64,000 nucleotides of DNA. It comes from a virus. Its lineage: Duplodnaviria > Caudoviricetes. Below, one piece after another: positions 17,889 through 28,241 of the stretch (its first letter is position 1; each line of letters opens with the position of its first letter). Under the pieces are notes generated by a model, which saw nothing but the letters and a program-made list of their open reading frames with translations, searched no databases and had not been told where the DNA came from. A program made the translations under genes and the position numbers. The stretch lies in the IMG/VR virus record IMGVR_UViG_3300037781_000042, positions 64,001 through 128,000 of that record; one strand, 5' to 3'.

Positions 17889-19568
17889 ATGAAACAAATA
17901 TTTAAAGAATCAAGAATCAAGTTTAGTGAATTACTTTCTGACGCAAGAACGTATTTAACTGAAGTTCATAATCAAAATAATAAGACATATACTCCTGCTT
18001 CTCCGTTTGGACAAATTCTTACTGCAGTAGTAGGGTTAACAGAGAAAGTTTTTTATTATATTGAAGATGCTATTTCAGAAAACAATATTAATTCTGCTTC
18101 TAGATCTTCTTCTAAAAGAGGATTAATTGCTTTAACTGGTTATCAACCTAAAAACGCTACATCTGCTTCAGGTTTAGCAACAATAAGATATAACGGAAAG
18201 CAACCTTTAGATTCTCAAGTAAATCAAATAATACTTCCTAATTATACAAGAGTTTTTTGTCCTGCTAATAATTTATATTATTTAACACAATCGAATTCCG
18301 AAATACGTTTTTATTCAAATGATAAAGAAAAAACGATTTCCGTAAAACTTATTCAAGGTGAAATATTTGAACAAACTTTTACAGGAACTGGATTATCATT
18401 ACAAAGTTTTAGAATAAATGAAAGATTTTCTGACTTTGTAGATTTAGATAGTTTAGTAGTAAAAGTAAACGGGTTAGTAAGTAAAAGATATTATGGATTA
18501 AATGATATTCCTTTAGGAGAACTTGGTTATCAAGTTAGAACTTCTGTAGGAGGAGGAATAGATATATTTTTTGGAACTCTTTACAATGGAACTCCACCAC
18601 CCCCAGGAGCTACTATTTCTGTTTCATATATTAAAAATTCAGGATCTGCTGGAAATATTATAGATGCTAGAGATTTAAGATTTGAATTTGTAGACGAAGG
18701 TTTTGATAATCAAGGAAATTCTATAGATTTAAATGAATATTTAAGTGTAGAAGCACAAGAAGGTTTAGTATTAGGATCTAATCCAGAACCTATAGACGTA
18801 ACTGTAATTTCAGGACCTAAACACTCAAGATCATTTGTTCTTTCAAATACAGATGCTTATGAATCTTATTTAAATAGAATGAATTATTTTTCTACTGTAG
18901 ATGTATTTAATACATTTGAAGATGATAATTTAGATGACGATAATGTTGTTTATATGTTCTTAATTCCTAATTTATCATTAAGAATTTCTCCTAAGTACAA
19001 TTATTTTACTGCTCCTTTGAGTTCATTTTTAATGACAGGACAAGAGACTACTCAGTTATTAGAAACTATTGAAGGATCTGGACAAGTAATGATAGGAACA
19101 GAATTTGAAATAATTCAACCTACTATTAAGAAGTTCACATTACATGTAATTATTAATTACTTTAAAGGACATTCTAAAGAATTAATTAGAACAAATATTA
19201 TTGATCAGCTTTCTGATTATTTTATTAATTATACTCGAAGAGATACTATTCCTAAATCTGATATAATTGCAATGATTGAATATGTAGACGGAGTAGATTC
19301 AGTAAATGTTTATTTTAAAGAAGATCCTGCTAATTATTCAGTAAATGATGATACTTATATTACTGAAATGGGAGACATTCAAATAGGTAAAAAAGATTAT
19401 CCTATAATTAGAGGTGGATGGACTGATGATACTGGAGTAACTTACTTAGAAGATCTTTCAGAAAATTTACCTTCATCTTTAAATATTACATTTAATAAAG
19501 AAGTCGAAAAGAATTCAAATAGAATTAAAAATAAAAGTTTAGTAACACAAATAAGAAATAGAAGATAA
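17889..19568 (+). CDS. Baseplate wedge subunit (T4 gp6 / baseplate J-like)
   Basis: ASPFGQIL..V, SASRSSS..GL..LTGY.P..ATSASG, GSAGNI, late DVFN..DDNVVYMFLIP pattern; next to fibre gene. Confidence 0.7.
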   Translation: MKQIFKESRIKFSELLSDARTYLTEVHNQNNKTYTPASPFGQILTAVVGLTEKVFYYIEDAISENNINSASRSSSKRGLIALTGYQPKNATSASGLATIRYNGKQPLDSQVNQIILPNYTRVFCPANNLYYLTQSNSEIRFYSNDKEKTISVKLIQGEIFEQTFTGTGLSLQSFRINERFSDFVDLDSLVVKVNGLVSKRYYGLNDIPLGELGYQVRTSVGGGIDIFFGTLYNGTPPPPGATISVSYIKNSGSAGNIIDARDLRFEFVDEGFDNQGNSIDLNEYLSVEAQEGLVLGSNPEPIDVTVISGPKHSRSFVLSNTDAYESYLNRMNYFSTVDVFNTFEDDNLDDDNVVYMFLIPNLSLRISPKYNYFTAPLSSFLMTGQETTQLLETIEGSGQVMIGTEFEIIQPTIKKFTLHVIINYFKGHSKELIRTNIIDQLSDYFINYTRRDTIPKSDIIAMIEYVDGVDSVNVYFKEDPANYSVNDDTYITEMGDIQIGKKDYPIIRGGWTDDTGVTYLEDLSENLPSSLNITFNKEVEKNSNRIKNKSLVTQIRNRR

Positions 19569-19569
19569 C

Positions 19570-19869
19570 ATGGAAAAACTATATAAAAATTTTAAAGATT
19601 TTTCAGTAAATGAAGATTTTTATCAAGAAAGATCAGAAAGAAAAATAACAGAAGAAGAAATATTAGAAGAATTAAATAAAGTTTCTATTGAAGAAGATGA
19701 AAGATTTAATGTAGGAACTAAACTAGATATAGGATTTACTTCTCCTAATATTCCAAAGGTAGAAGCAAATGAAATAATTGAAGAAGTAATTTCTTTGATG
19801 GAAGAAAAATTTAATTTGCACTATAAAGTAGATTACGTAAGTTCTACTGGATTTGTTCTAGTTATTTAA
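19570..19869 (+). CDS. Hypothetical acidic protein
   Basis: 99 aa, 1 nt after baseplate gene; stop overlaps the convergent gene. Confidence 0.6.
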   Translation: MEKLYKNFKDFSVNEDFYQERSERKITEEEILEELNKVSIEEDERFNVGTKLDIGFTSPNIPKVEANEIIEEVISLMEEKFNLHYKVDYVSSTGFVLVI

Positions 19870-20878
19870 GGAATTATTAACTCGTGATTATCATACATAT
19901 AGTTAAATCTTTGTTTTGATATTTCATGTAAAAAGGTTTCACCTGGGACAAACTTAGCCTCTCTAAAGAATGTCATAGTTTTTTGATCTCTTGTGAATTC
20001 ATAAATGTCACCAGATAATATACGATTATCTTTGTCAAAATTTCTAAGATGTATGTAGTATATGTTCATTTGATTATACTTAAATCTGAAGCTGTAATAC
20101 TTTCCTTTTTCAAGTAGTTCATCAATATTATTTAAAATTATCTCTTCTAAATCTTTTCGTTTTTTATTTACTCTACGCTTATTTGAAATAAACTCACCAA
20201 AGGCTTCTCTATCTTCTCTAATTGAACTATGTCCATTCAATTCTAATTGTACCTTCATGTAATCATCTTTAAGGTCGTGATACTTTTGGTTAGCATCAGA
20301 AATTTCTTCCCATTTAGTTTTACTGTCCATTCAGGACCTCCCAAAATCTTTGTGGTAAATAAATATTTTCAACTTCTATAGCACTTTGAAAAAATGGAGC
20401 AATTTGATATGGTTTATATCCAGCAAGACAGCATTTGTAATATTACTTGCTTGAAATTCTTTCTATCATTTTTTATCCTTTTTTCATATCAATTTTCATA
20501 AAAATTTATATACATATTACGAATGTAATTAATTCTATAAATACCTTCTTCTGCACTTGCATACACAAAAAGTTTCATTCTTTCTCTAATATCTTTTAAA
20601 TTAGAAAGAATTTCAGTAGTAGGAAGATTTTCAAATATTTCAAGTTCTAAATGGGTACTTTCTTTTTGTGTTGAATCTCCGTAAAATTTTAAAGTACCGC
20701 ATGTTTTTAACAGTGCACCGTATTGTGCAGCGTCTGGATCATTATATAAAAATGCCATTCCATTTTTAATTTTTTCGATATACTTCTCTAAAACACCATC
20801 AGCAAAAACAATTTCATATTCACCTGGAGTGTCGACAAAATCTTTCCAATCTTTTATTTCAATATATTTTTTATTCAT
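19866..20878 (-). other. Hypothetical ORFs 19866..20330 and 20489..20878
   Basis: ORF track. Confidence 0.7.
20320..20469 (-). pseudogene. 50-codon ORF interrupted by TAA at codon 9
   Basis: MIERISSK*YYKCCLAGYKPYQIAPFFQSAIEVENIYLPQRFWEVLNGQ*; fills the gap and overlaps next ATG. Confidence 0.4.
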
Positions 20879-21632
20879 AATGAGTGTTCCACCTTCTATG
20901 ATATATTTCAGGATCTGATCCTATGAAATATGTGATATATCCTACAATTAATAACCCTATTAAACTGAAACCTACGTTTCCTGCTATTCTTTTTATCAAT
21001 ATATCCTCATAAGAAATTATATAAGGAATAATTCCCATAGTTCCTAGTATTGATGCAATAAGAATAAGTAAAGGAACAAATAATAGAAAATATCTCATTA
21101 AATATCCACTATCAATAAATCCTGAAATTCTATTTGTTATAGAAAGATCATTTCCCCATTTATGAACTAAATAATAAAATTCATCGGTTAATTTTATAAA
21201 CATTAAAGGATCCTTTGGTTCTTTTTCCAGTTTTAAAGAATTCAGAGGAGCAACTATAAAGTAATCATCATGGTTAATATCTGTTCCAATATTTTCTTTT
21301 GCTTCTTTTATTTTTTGAGGAAGCTCTGGTGGGATAGTTCCTTTATAATATTGAGTTTCAACAAATCTTAAATTATAATTTAAACAAAGCTTTTTAATTT
21401 CTGATTTACTAAAAATTCTTTTAGTATCTAAATTTTTACCAAATTTTCTTTCAGTATTTTCTTTTGCTTTCTCATAATGAGAAAAAGAAAAACCTGCTTC
21501 AGACAAAATCTCTTTATCTTCTTCTACTGCATCTTCTAAAACATCTTTAAAATGTTCTACTATAAAAGAACTTTCTTCAGTTTCTTTCTCTCTCATTTTT
21601 AATAATTTCTGTTCTAAGTCTATTGTTAACAT
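20871..21632 (-). CDS. Hypothetical protein with C-terminal TM segments
   Basis: IKKLCLNYNLRF...YKGTIP...DPLMF...YYLVHKWG; weak similarity to 41441..42391. Confidence 0.7.
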   Translation of the reverse strand: MLTIDLEQKLLKMREKETEESSFIVEHFKDVLEDAVEEDKEILSEAGFSFSHYEKAKENTERKFGKNLDTKRIFSKSEIKKLCLNYNLRFVETQYYKGTIPPELPQKIKEAKENIGTDINHDDYFIVAPLNSLKLEKEPKDPLMFIKLTDEFYYLVHKWGNDLSITNRISGFIDSGYLMRYFLLFVPLLILIASILGTMGIIPYIISYEDILIKRIAGNVGFSLIGLLIVGYITYFIGSDPEIYHRRWNTHYE

Positions 21633-21633
21633 G

Positions 21634-24600
21634 TTAATCTCCTATATGTTTATTAATTTCTATTGATATAAAATCAAATAATTCTTTAAATTGTTTTCTA
21701 TTTATACTTTTAAAATATCCTTCTTTAAATTCATTTTCAATATGTCTTCCTTGTGTTGCTCTAACTATTAATTCTACTTCAGGTTCTTTTTCAAACGAGA
21801 ATAATTCAGCATTTACTTCGACACAATCTAACCATGCAGAAATACAAATACATTCTTCATCTAATGAATAAATATTTAACTCTGGATTTTTTGATACATT
21901 TAAATATACAATAAGATTTTCTATAAATTCTTTACAAATAATTCTAAGATTTTCTTTTTCTGTTGAAGTAGGTTTAGATAACTCAGTTATTAAAAAATTT
22001 ATTTTATTTTGTATTTCTTCTATTTTAAAAATATTCATTATTTTATTTTTCTTGGGTGTAATTCGTCAGGTTTTCCATAGTCCTTTAAAATCTTTTTATC
22101 TGTTACTTCATCAATGAATGTTCTAAAATATAAAAATTTATTAAAATTAAAATCATCTTCAAGCAACAAATTAAATAAACCTTTTTGATTTGATTTATTA
22201 GATTTCAGTATTTTCTTTTCTTCTTCATATTCTTTAGATAATGAATCCTTTAAAATACTTTCTAAAATTTCAATTTTTTCCAATTGACTTAAAGAAGATT
22301 CTTGTAAAGATAGATATTCTTCATAATAAAGATCTGCTAAAAGAACTTCTATTTTATTTTGGAAATTTATTAAAGATCGTTTATTTTTTTCGTATTTTTC
22401 TTCCCATTCTTTATACTTATTTGTTCTAAATGAACAAGTTTCTTTTTTATGAAATATTTTTTCCATTAATTGGATATATTTCAAAGATGGTCCCTTTCTT
22501 GGTGGTTTAGTTATTCCCATAAAAATCCCTTAATTTTTACCATTCTTTTTGATTTTATTGTTCTTGCGAAACTTTGTCTTCGATATTAAAATCTGTCTGT
22601 TCAATTTTATAACAATTTCTCCAAAAACCTGTGACAAAATCGCCAAGTCCTGACGACTGCCTATCATTTTTATTAATTTCTTCTTTGATAGATTCTGAGT
22701 CACATATTTGAACATCTGCTATACCACCAAAAAACATTAGAAAATAATCTCCAATTTCTATAGGTTCTGTATTTTTAAAACATGAAAAATTATATTTACC
22801 TTCATAACCTTCTACTACGGTTCTAAAAAATTCCATATCTGGGTTAGTTTTCCACCTATGTTTTAAATCTTTAGTTTCACCATTGTCATCTACAAATGTT
22901 ATAATATCAGCATTAATTACTGTCTTTGTATCTGGAGACCAGGATTTAAAATCAGATAGTTGTATATCTTCTATATCTTTATCTATATCAAGTAAATCTT
23001 CTCGTGTTAATAATATTTTCATTTTTTATCTCTAATTTTTTCCATAATTTATTTGCACCCACAATATTAAACTTGCCATCAATAATCTTACTAATACTAA
23101 TAGTGCGCCCATTCCCCAGAATACCCAAAATGCTATAGAATGTTCTTTATTTAAAGCAACTGCAAGAAATGTATAAATATGAGCAAATACAAATGAAGTA
23201 AACACTTTCCAAATCATTGTATTTAAAGTTATTTGTTTTTTATCAATTAGTTTTAGAACAGATTTTATTAAATCATTTTTATCATTAATACTCATACAAC
23301 TATTATTTTTCTTTTTTTAATTGATTAGTGTACCTAGAACTTATATCACAGTTTTTAATTTCTTTCGCATTTAATTTTTCTTTAAGATCTGCTACCGTTC
23401 CCATAATATCGCATCTTATAATTTTTCCATCTGCTACAAATAATTGTCCATAATAGACTCTATAAGAATCTTCTAGAATTATTTCATTTAATTTTTCCAT
23501 TGTTTTTCTCCACTAGGTGAACTTCATATTCATAGCTATCTAAATTAAATAAATATAACAATTCTCTATCATCTAATTTTTGTATAGAAGGTTTTACTCT
23601 ATCTTTAAATTGAACAATTGTGTTTTTATCATACTTAGTAGAACCAAAAATAAATTTAATTTTTTTCTCTTCTACAGAGTATGTTTCATTTTTATTCAGT
23701 ATTACATACGAAAGGTTGTCTCGTTCGTCAATTACTGTTTTTATATTTGAAATTTTACAAGGAAATTCCTGTACTTTTATTTTTTCAGTATTAAATGCAC
23801 TTACACAAAGGGATAAAAAAACATTAATACAAGTAAGAATAATAAGAGTAACAGCTATAACCTCAAATCTTTTTTTATCATCAAATAGAGAAACAGCAAA
23901 ACTACCAATTAACATACTTAAAACTATTGCAAGCATTTTATTTTCTCCATCCAATTCTTACATTAAAACTAACTATTGTAAATACTATGGATTCTACTAT
24001 CCATAAAAGCACTAATAAAAACGTATGATTAAAATTTTTTAACAGACTAAAAGTTTCATTTAGAGATCCTGTAATAATTAAAAAACATAAAAGCATTAAA
24101 ATAGGAGGAAGAAAAATACCTACTAAAAAATCTATTTTCTTAAATTTCATTTTTATTTCTCCTAAATTATCCTTTTACTTTTTCAATCGCTTCTTCAAAT
24201 ATTTCCTTAGTAGCAGTCATAAATTCTTCTTCAGATATAAGAGAAAATCCTACTTTGTTTACTAGTAAATCAAAAGATGTACGTTGTCCATTTCTATCAA
24301 TTCCTGAAATAACCAAAACAACATCTCTCAAAGATTCTTTAAAGAATGGTCCATTAGTAGTAATATCTTTAATTTTACCTACGATAAAAGATGTTTCTAT
24401 ATAGCGACCAACAAATTCTTCTTTCAATTTATTAAAATTCTTTTTTTCTAAAGTCTCTACTTCTTTTTTATACAATTCTAATTTTTCATCTAATAAATTC
24501 ATTTTAAACCTCTATTTTAAAGTTATTAATACCGTAACCGCCGTCAACATAATCAGTAAGTAATTCGTCTAAATCTTCACTTTCATAGACGTCCCAATTC

Positions 24601-24902
24601 TCAAACGAATCGTTTTCCAATATATCTATAAGCTTCTCAAAAGTAACATCTTCACCTTTAAAATCTTTTTCGATTTTGTCTCTTTCTAATAACCACATTC
24701 CTTCCTGTCTTTCATATTCTTGGTTCCATCCTTCTTGGATTCTAACCAACCAAAAATCATGAGTATCTAAACAAAGAAAAAATCTTTTGTAATTTCCGTC
24801 ATCATAACCTTGATTTGCTTTAAAGGCAAGATCAGTAATTTCTGTATACTGTGCAAACTTAAAGGTAAGTTCATCAAACATTTCTTGTAATGTCTTTTCC
24901 AT
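21634..24902 (-). other. Block of hypothetical ORFs (21634..22038, 22038..22520, 22555..23022, 23032..23295, 23303..23500, 23484..23954, 23938..24150, 24167..24502, 24504..24902)
   Basis: ORF track; abutting or overlapping, several with TM segments. Confidence 0.7.
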
Positions 24903-24920
24903 ATTTTACTTTTCCTATAA

Positions 24921-24970
24921 TTGTTAATTGAATATGATGTAATATAAGAAAAATTTTTTAAATAAAAAAA
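24921..24970 (-). promoter_or_regulatory. Class-1 promoter repeat, copy 3
   Basis: TTTTTTTATTTAAAAAATTTTTCTTATATTACATCATATTCAATTAACAA. Confidence 0.75.
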
Positions 24971-25070
24971 TTAAATTTTAAATATTTCTAAAGTTTTATT
25001 CTAAATGCACTAGGGAGTGCAGAGGAGCATCAGGTTTAATTTTATGTGTGATGATGTATGTAACTGTATT

Positions 25071-25106
25071 AAAAACAAAAGGCCTCCAGAATTAATCTAT
25101 GAGGCC
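25071..25106 (-). terminator. Intrinsic terminator
   Basis: GGCCTC...GAGGCC stem followed by TTTTGTTTTT on minus strand. Confidence 0.75.
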
Positions 25107-25128
25107 CAGAGGAGGAAATTATTTTTTA

Positions 25129-25454
25129 TTATTCTGATTTTTCTAATAAATCTCGTTTTTTAGTAAGTTCTTTTTCTAGATCAAGTTCAATAGTTCTTAA
25201 TTTGGAGGCAGTATCAAAATTTTGAACATCTACGAAAAATATTTTCTTTTGTTTTGTTTCTTTTATTTTTGCTTCTATTTTTGAGATGTCTTTCATAAGT
25301 TCATAATTATTTACTATTTTAAGAGCTTCTTTTAGAGCATTTATAGTTTCAGAATCGAGAGATTGTTTTAATCCTTCTTTTATTTCTGAATCACTAATAA
25401 CAGAATTTTCTATATGGTGTGTTCTAATTTTTGTTTAATTTTTGAAATTTTCAT
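25129..25454 (-). pseudogene. Frameshifted ORF encoding a UVR (UvrB/C-type) coiled-coil motif
   Basis: MKISKIKQKLEHTI* continues in -1 frame as HIENSVISD...IKETKQKKIFFVDVQNFDTASKLRTIELDL...SE*. Confidence 0.5.
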
Positions 25455-25466
25455 TGTATTTCCATT

Positions 25467-26328
25467 TTACTTAGTATTTAATTTTGCGTATTCTTCTTTA
25501 CTTTTTGATATAGCGCGTAGATGATGAATCATACTTGATATAGGGTTTGCTATTTCATCACATTGGATCCATTCAATTAATTTACTTTTCAATTCTTCTT
25601 CTGTTTTAACCCAAAATACGTAACTAATTTTATTTGGATTAATTAACTCAGCTGGTGCAATTTGTATTTCTATATTGTTTTTAGACGTATAATAATTAAA
25701 ATTTAATTTTAATAAAGAATATGTAGAATGTTTATCAGATATACTAAGAATATATGAAATTCTACACGAGTCACTATAAGTATTTGAATCAAAAAATGAA
25801 ACAGAACATTTAAATTCACCATCTGTATCTTTTTCCATAGCATTTGCAATTTCTACTAATATCTTTACTACATTAATATTATCGTCTTCGTTTCCAAATT
25901 TCCAAATTTTACTCATCTTCAAATTCCTCATTGAAATCTAATTTTAAATGTAAATGTTTTCCAATATGACTTTCTAATTCTGTAAATATAGAACGTCCGT
26001 CTTGTACAATATAATCAAATCCACCATATCCACATGTCCATTCAGAATAGCATCCTGAAATATGTTCAGAATATAACATTGAATTTACTGTTTCGGCAAC
26101 TACTTGTTCAAAAGAATAAGTTTCATCAAATTTTTCTTCTGTTACAACATACCTCATAAAAAGTCTTTTACCGTTTACGTGATTTTCCCAATGCTCTTGT
26201 TCATCTTCATCGAATAATTCCATTAACATCTGATAAAGTGATTTATCATCAATTGTAATGTCTTCTATATCGGTACAACATGTTAAACTTACAGATGATC
26301 CTCTACCTATTTTTCCTTTTATTTCCAT
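25467..26328 (-). other. Hypothetical ORFs 25467..25931 and 25909..26328
   Basis: 25909..26328 resembles 43512..43949 (SE.T.GY...G.S....L.S.I.K..HL). Confidence 0.7.
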
Positions 26329-26335
26329 TTTCCCT

Positions 26336-27829
26336 TTAATTTGTTATATCTATAATAGTTGTTTTAGGTGGAGTTAACTTTGCTCTTTCTCTTATTTCAG
26401 AAAATTTAGATTTTTGTCTAACTATTTTTCCATTTAAGAAAGCAATTTTTAGTTGATCATCTCCTAGTTCTTCGGACATTGCATATAGTTTAGGATCTGT
26501 AGAAGAAGAAACAGTTACTAAATCTCCTGTTTTAGAATCTTCTATAAGTTTTAGTTTTCCTTTCTTAGAAGACTTTCCTTGATCAGTAATAGGATCTTTG
26601 TAAATATCAATTGTTGTTCCATCTCTTTTTTCTGCATAACATGCTTTAAAAGCAAACTTTAAAGAATCTCTATTTACTTTTTGATGAAGTCCTCCACCCA
26701 TACCAAATACTATATTTGAAGTTGCCCAATTAGAAGTAGTCATCATAGATAAAATATTTCGAATATCTTCTAATCCAATACCGTCTCCCCAGATTAAACC
26801 TATTTGAGGTGGAAGGACTTTATATCCTCTTTCATTTATAGATATTTCTAAATTGTCTTCTAGGATATTTAGTATTCTAGTAAGTACTTTTTTAGGATCT
26901 CCTGAATCCGGTCGAATAACTATCTTTTTAGTTCCTGAAAGAATTTCATCTTTAAATTCTCCACAAACCCAATTTTCTACAACATTATAAATGTTATAAG
27001 AATCTGATACTATAGAAACTATTTTCTCTTCAGGACAAAGGTCAATTAATTTTTTGAATTGATCTTTTTCTCCTTCTTTTCCATTAATTGTCATTACAGA
27101 ATGTTCCGAAGCCATTACTGAATAACCAGGAATTTGCTCTTCCTTTCCATGAAATTTTTCTATAAATCTCATAGCTGATGTTGTATCAGTTCCTAAGAAG
27201 TTTATAAGATGAGCAGCTCCTGCAAGATATGCAGATTCGTGTCCAACAGATCCTCTCATTCCAAAATCATGTAATGCAAAAGGAAGATATGCTTCCATTT
27301 CTTCTGCAGAAAGAGTTAAGAAAGCAAAAGCTGAAATTAGTGCTTTAATTTCTCTTGAAAGTGTAGCTACTGAAGTAGTATACCAAAGATGTGTCAAATA
27401 AGTTTCTACGTAATTAGTTAACCATTTAGCTGTTTCTCCTGGCATATCAGAGTCGGTGTTTTCTACTGTCATTAAAACATTTCCAATTGGAACTACAGAT
27501 CCTTCCGGAACTGCTTTAATTTTTAAAGGTAAAGTTCCGTTATGTTTTTCTAAAAGATAGTTAAATCCTTCTTCATTAAATACTTCATAACCAAAATGAT
27601 TCTTATAGAATTCTTTTGCTTCTTCAATACCTTCTTTAGTAAATTGAATTCCTTCTAGATTTTCTAAAAGATAGTCCAATCCATATACTACTACAGACGG
27701 TTCAGTTATAAAAGGTTCTTTAAATCCTCTTGCTTCAAAATAAGAGTATATTTTAGTTACGTCTTCTGGGTATTGTTGGTGATGACCGACTTTATAAGAG
27801 TCCGATCCATATAATAATTCAAACTTCAT
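26336..27829 (-). CDS. nadV: Nicotinamide phosphoribosyltransferase (Nampt/NadV)
   Basis: SDSYKVGH, LHDFGMRG, ASEHS, SIVSDSY, IRPDSGDP, WGDGI, FGMGGGL motifs. Confidence 0.95.
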   Translation of the reverse strand: MKFELLYGSDSYKVGHHQQYPEDVTKIYSYFEARGFKEPFITEPSVVVYGLDYLLENLEGIQFTKEGIEEAKEFYKNHFGYEVFNEEGFNYLLEKHNGTLPLKIKAVPEGSVVPIGNVLMTVENTDSDMPGETAKWLTNYVETYLTHLWYTTSVATLSREIKALISAFAFLTLSAEEMEAYLPFALHDFGMRGSVGHESAYLAGAAHLINFLGTDTTSAMRFIEKFHGKEEQIPGYSVMASEHSVMTINGKEGEKDQFKKLIDLCPEEKIVSIVSDSYNIYNVVENWVCGEFKDEILSGTKKIVIRPDSGDPKKVLTRILNILEDNLEISINERGYKVLPPQIGLIWGDGIGLEDIRNILSMMTTSNWATSNIVFGMGGGLHQKVNRDSLKFAFKACYAEKRDGTTIDIYKDPITDQGKSSKKGKLKLIEDSKTGDLVTVSSSTDPKLYAMSEELGDDQLKIAFLNGKIVRQKSKFSEIRERAKLTPPKTTIIDITN

Positions 27830-27841
27830 TTTTTATTTCTC

Positions 27842-28033
27842 CTAGGCAATAGGCCCATTGTGTTCATATTCTCCTTCAGGAAGTTCTCCTTCAGGACTAG
27901 TTGCTTCTAAAGTATCTCTTTCATCAAATTGTAATTCTTGTTGAGGTTCTTTTGTAGAATCTTCTTTAGAATTTTGATTATCATTACAGCTTATTAAAAA
28001 TAATAAAGCGATTAAAATTAAATATTTTTTCAT
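27842..28033 (-). CDS. Small putative lipoprotein
   Basis: Signal peptide ending LISC. Confidence 0.6.
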   Translation of the reverse strand: MKKYLILIALLFLISCNDNQNSKEDSTKEPQQELQFDERDTLEATSPEGELPEGEYEHNGPIA

Positions 28034-28035
28034 TT

Positions 28036-28230
28036 TTATTTCTCCTCTTTTAAATGTATTGTTGCTGGATGAAAATTGTGAAATTTAGAAATTTCTCTAT
28101 TATCTTTCCACATACATTCAATAGAGCGATATACTAAATCTTCTTCAAGTATTCCAATTATTTTCATATCAGGTCCTCCTGAATTTAATACCACTATATC
28201 ACCTATTTTAAAATTATGTTTTTGTGACAT
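28036..28230 (-). CDS. YodC/DUF2158-like small protein
   Basis: FKIGDIVVLNSGGPDMKI...ECMW pattern. Confidence 0.75.
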   Translation of the reverse strand: MSQKHNFKIGDIVVLNSGGPDMKIIGILEEDLVYRSIECMWKDNREISKFHNFHPATIHLKEEK

Positions 28231-28241
28231 GATATGTACCT

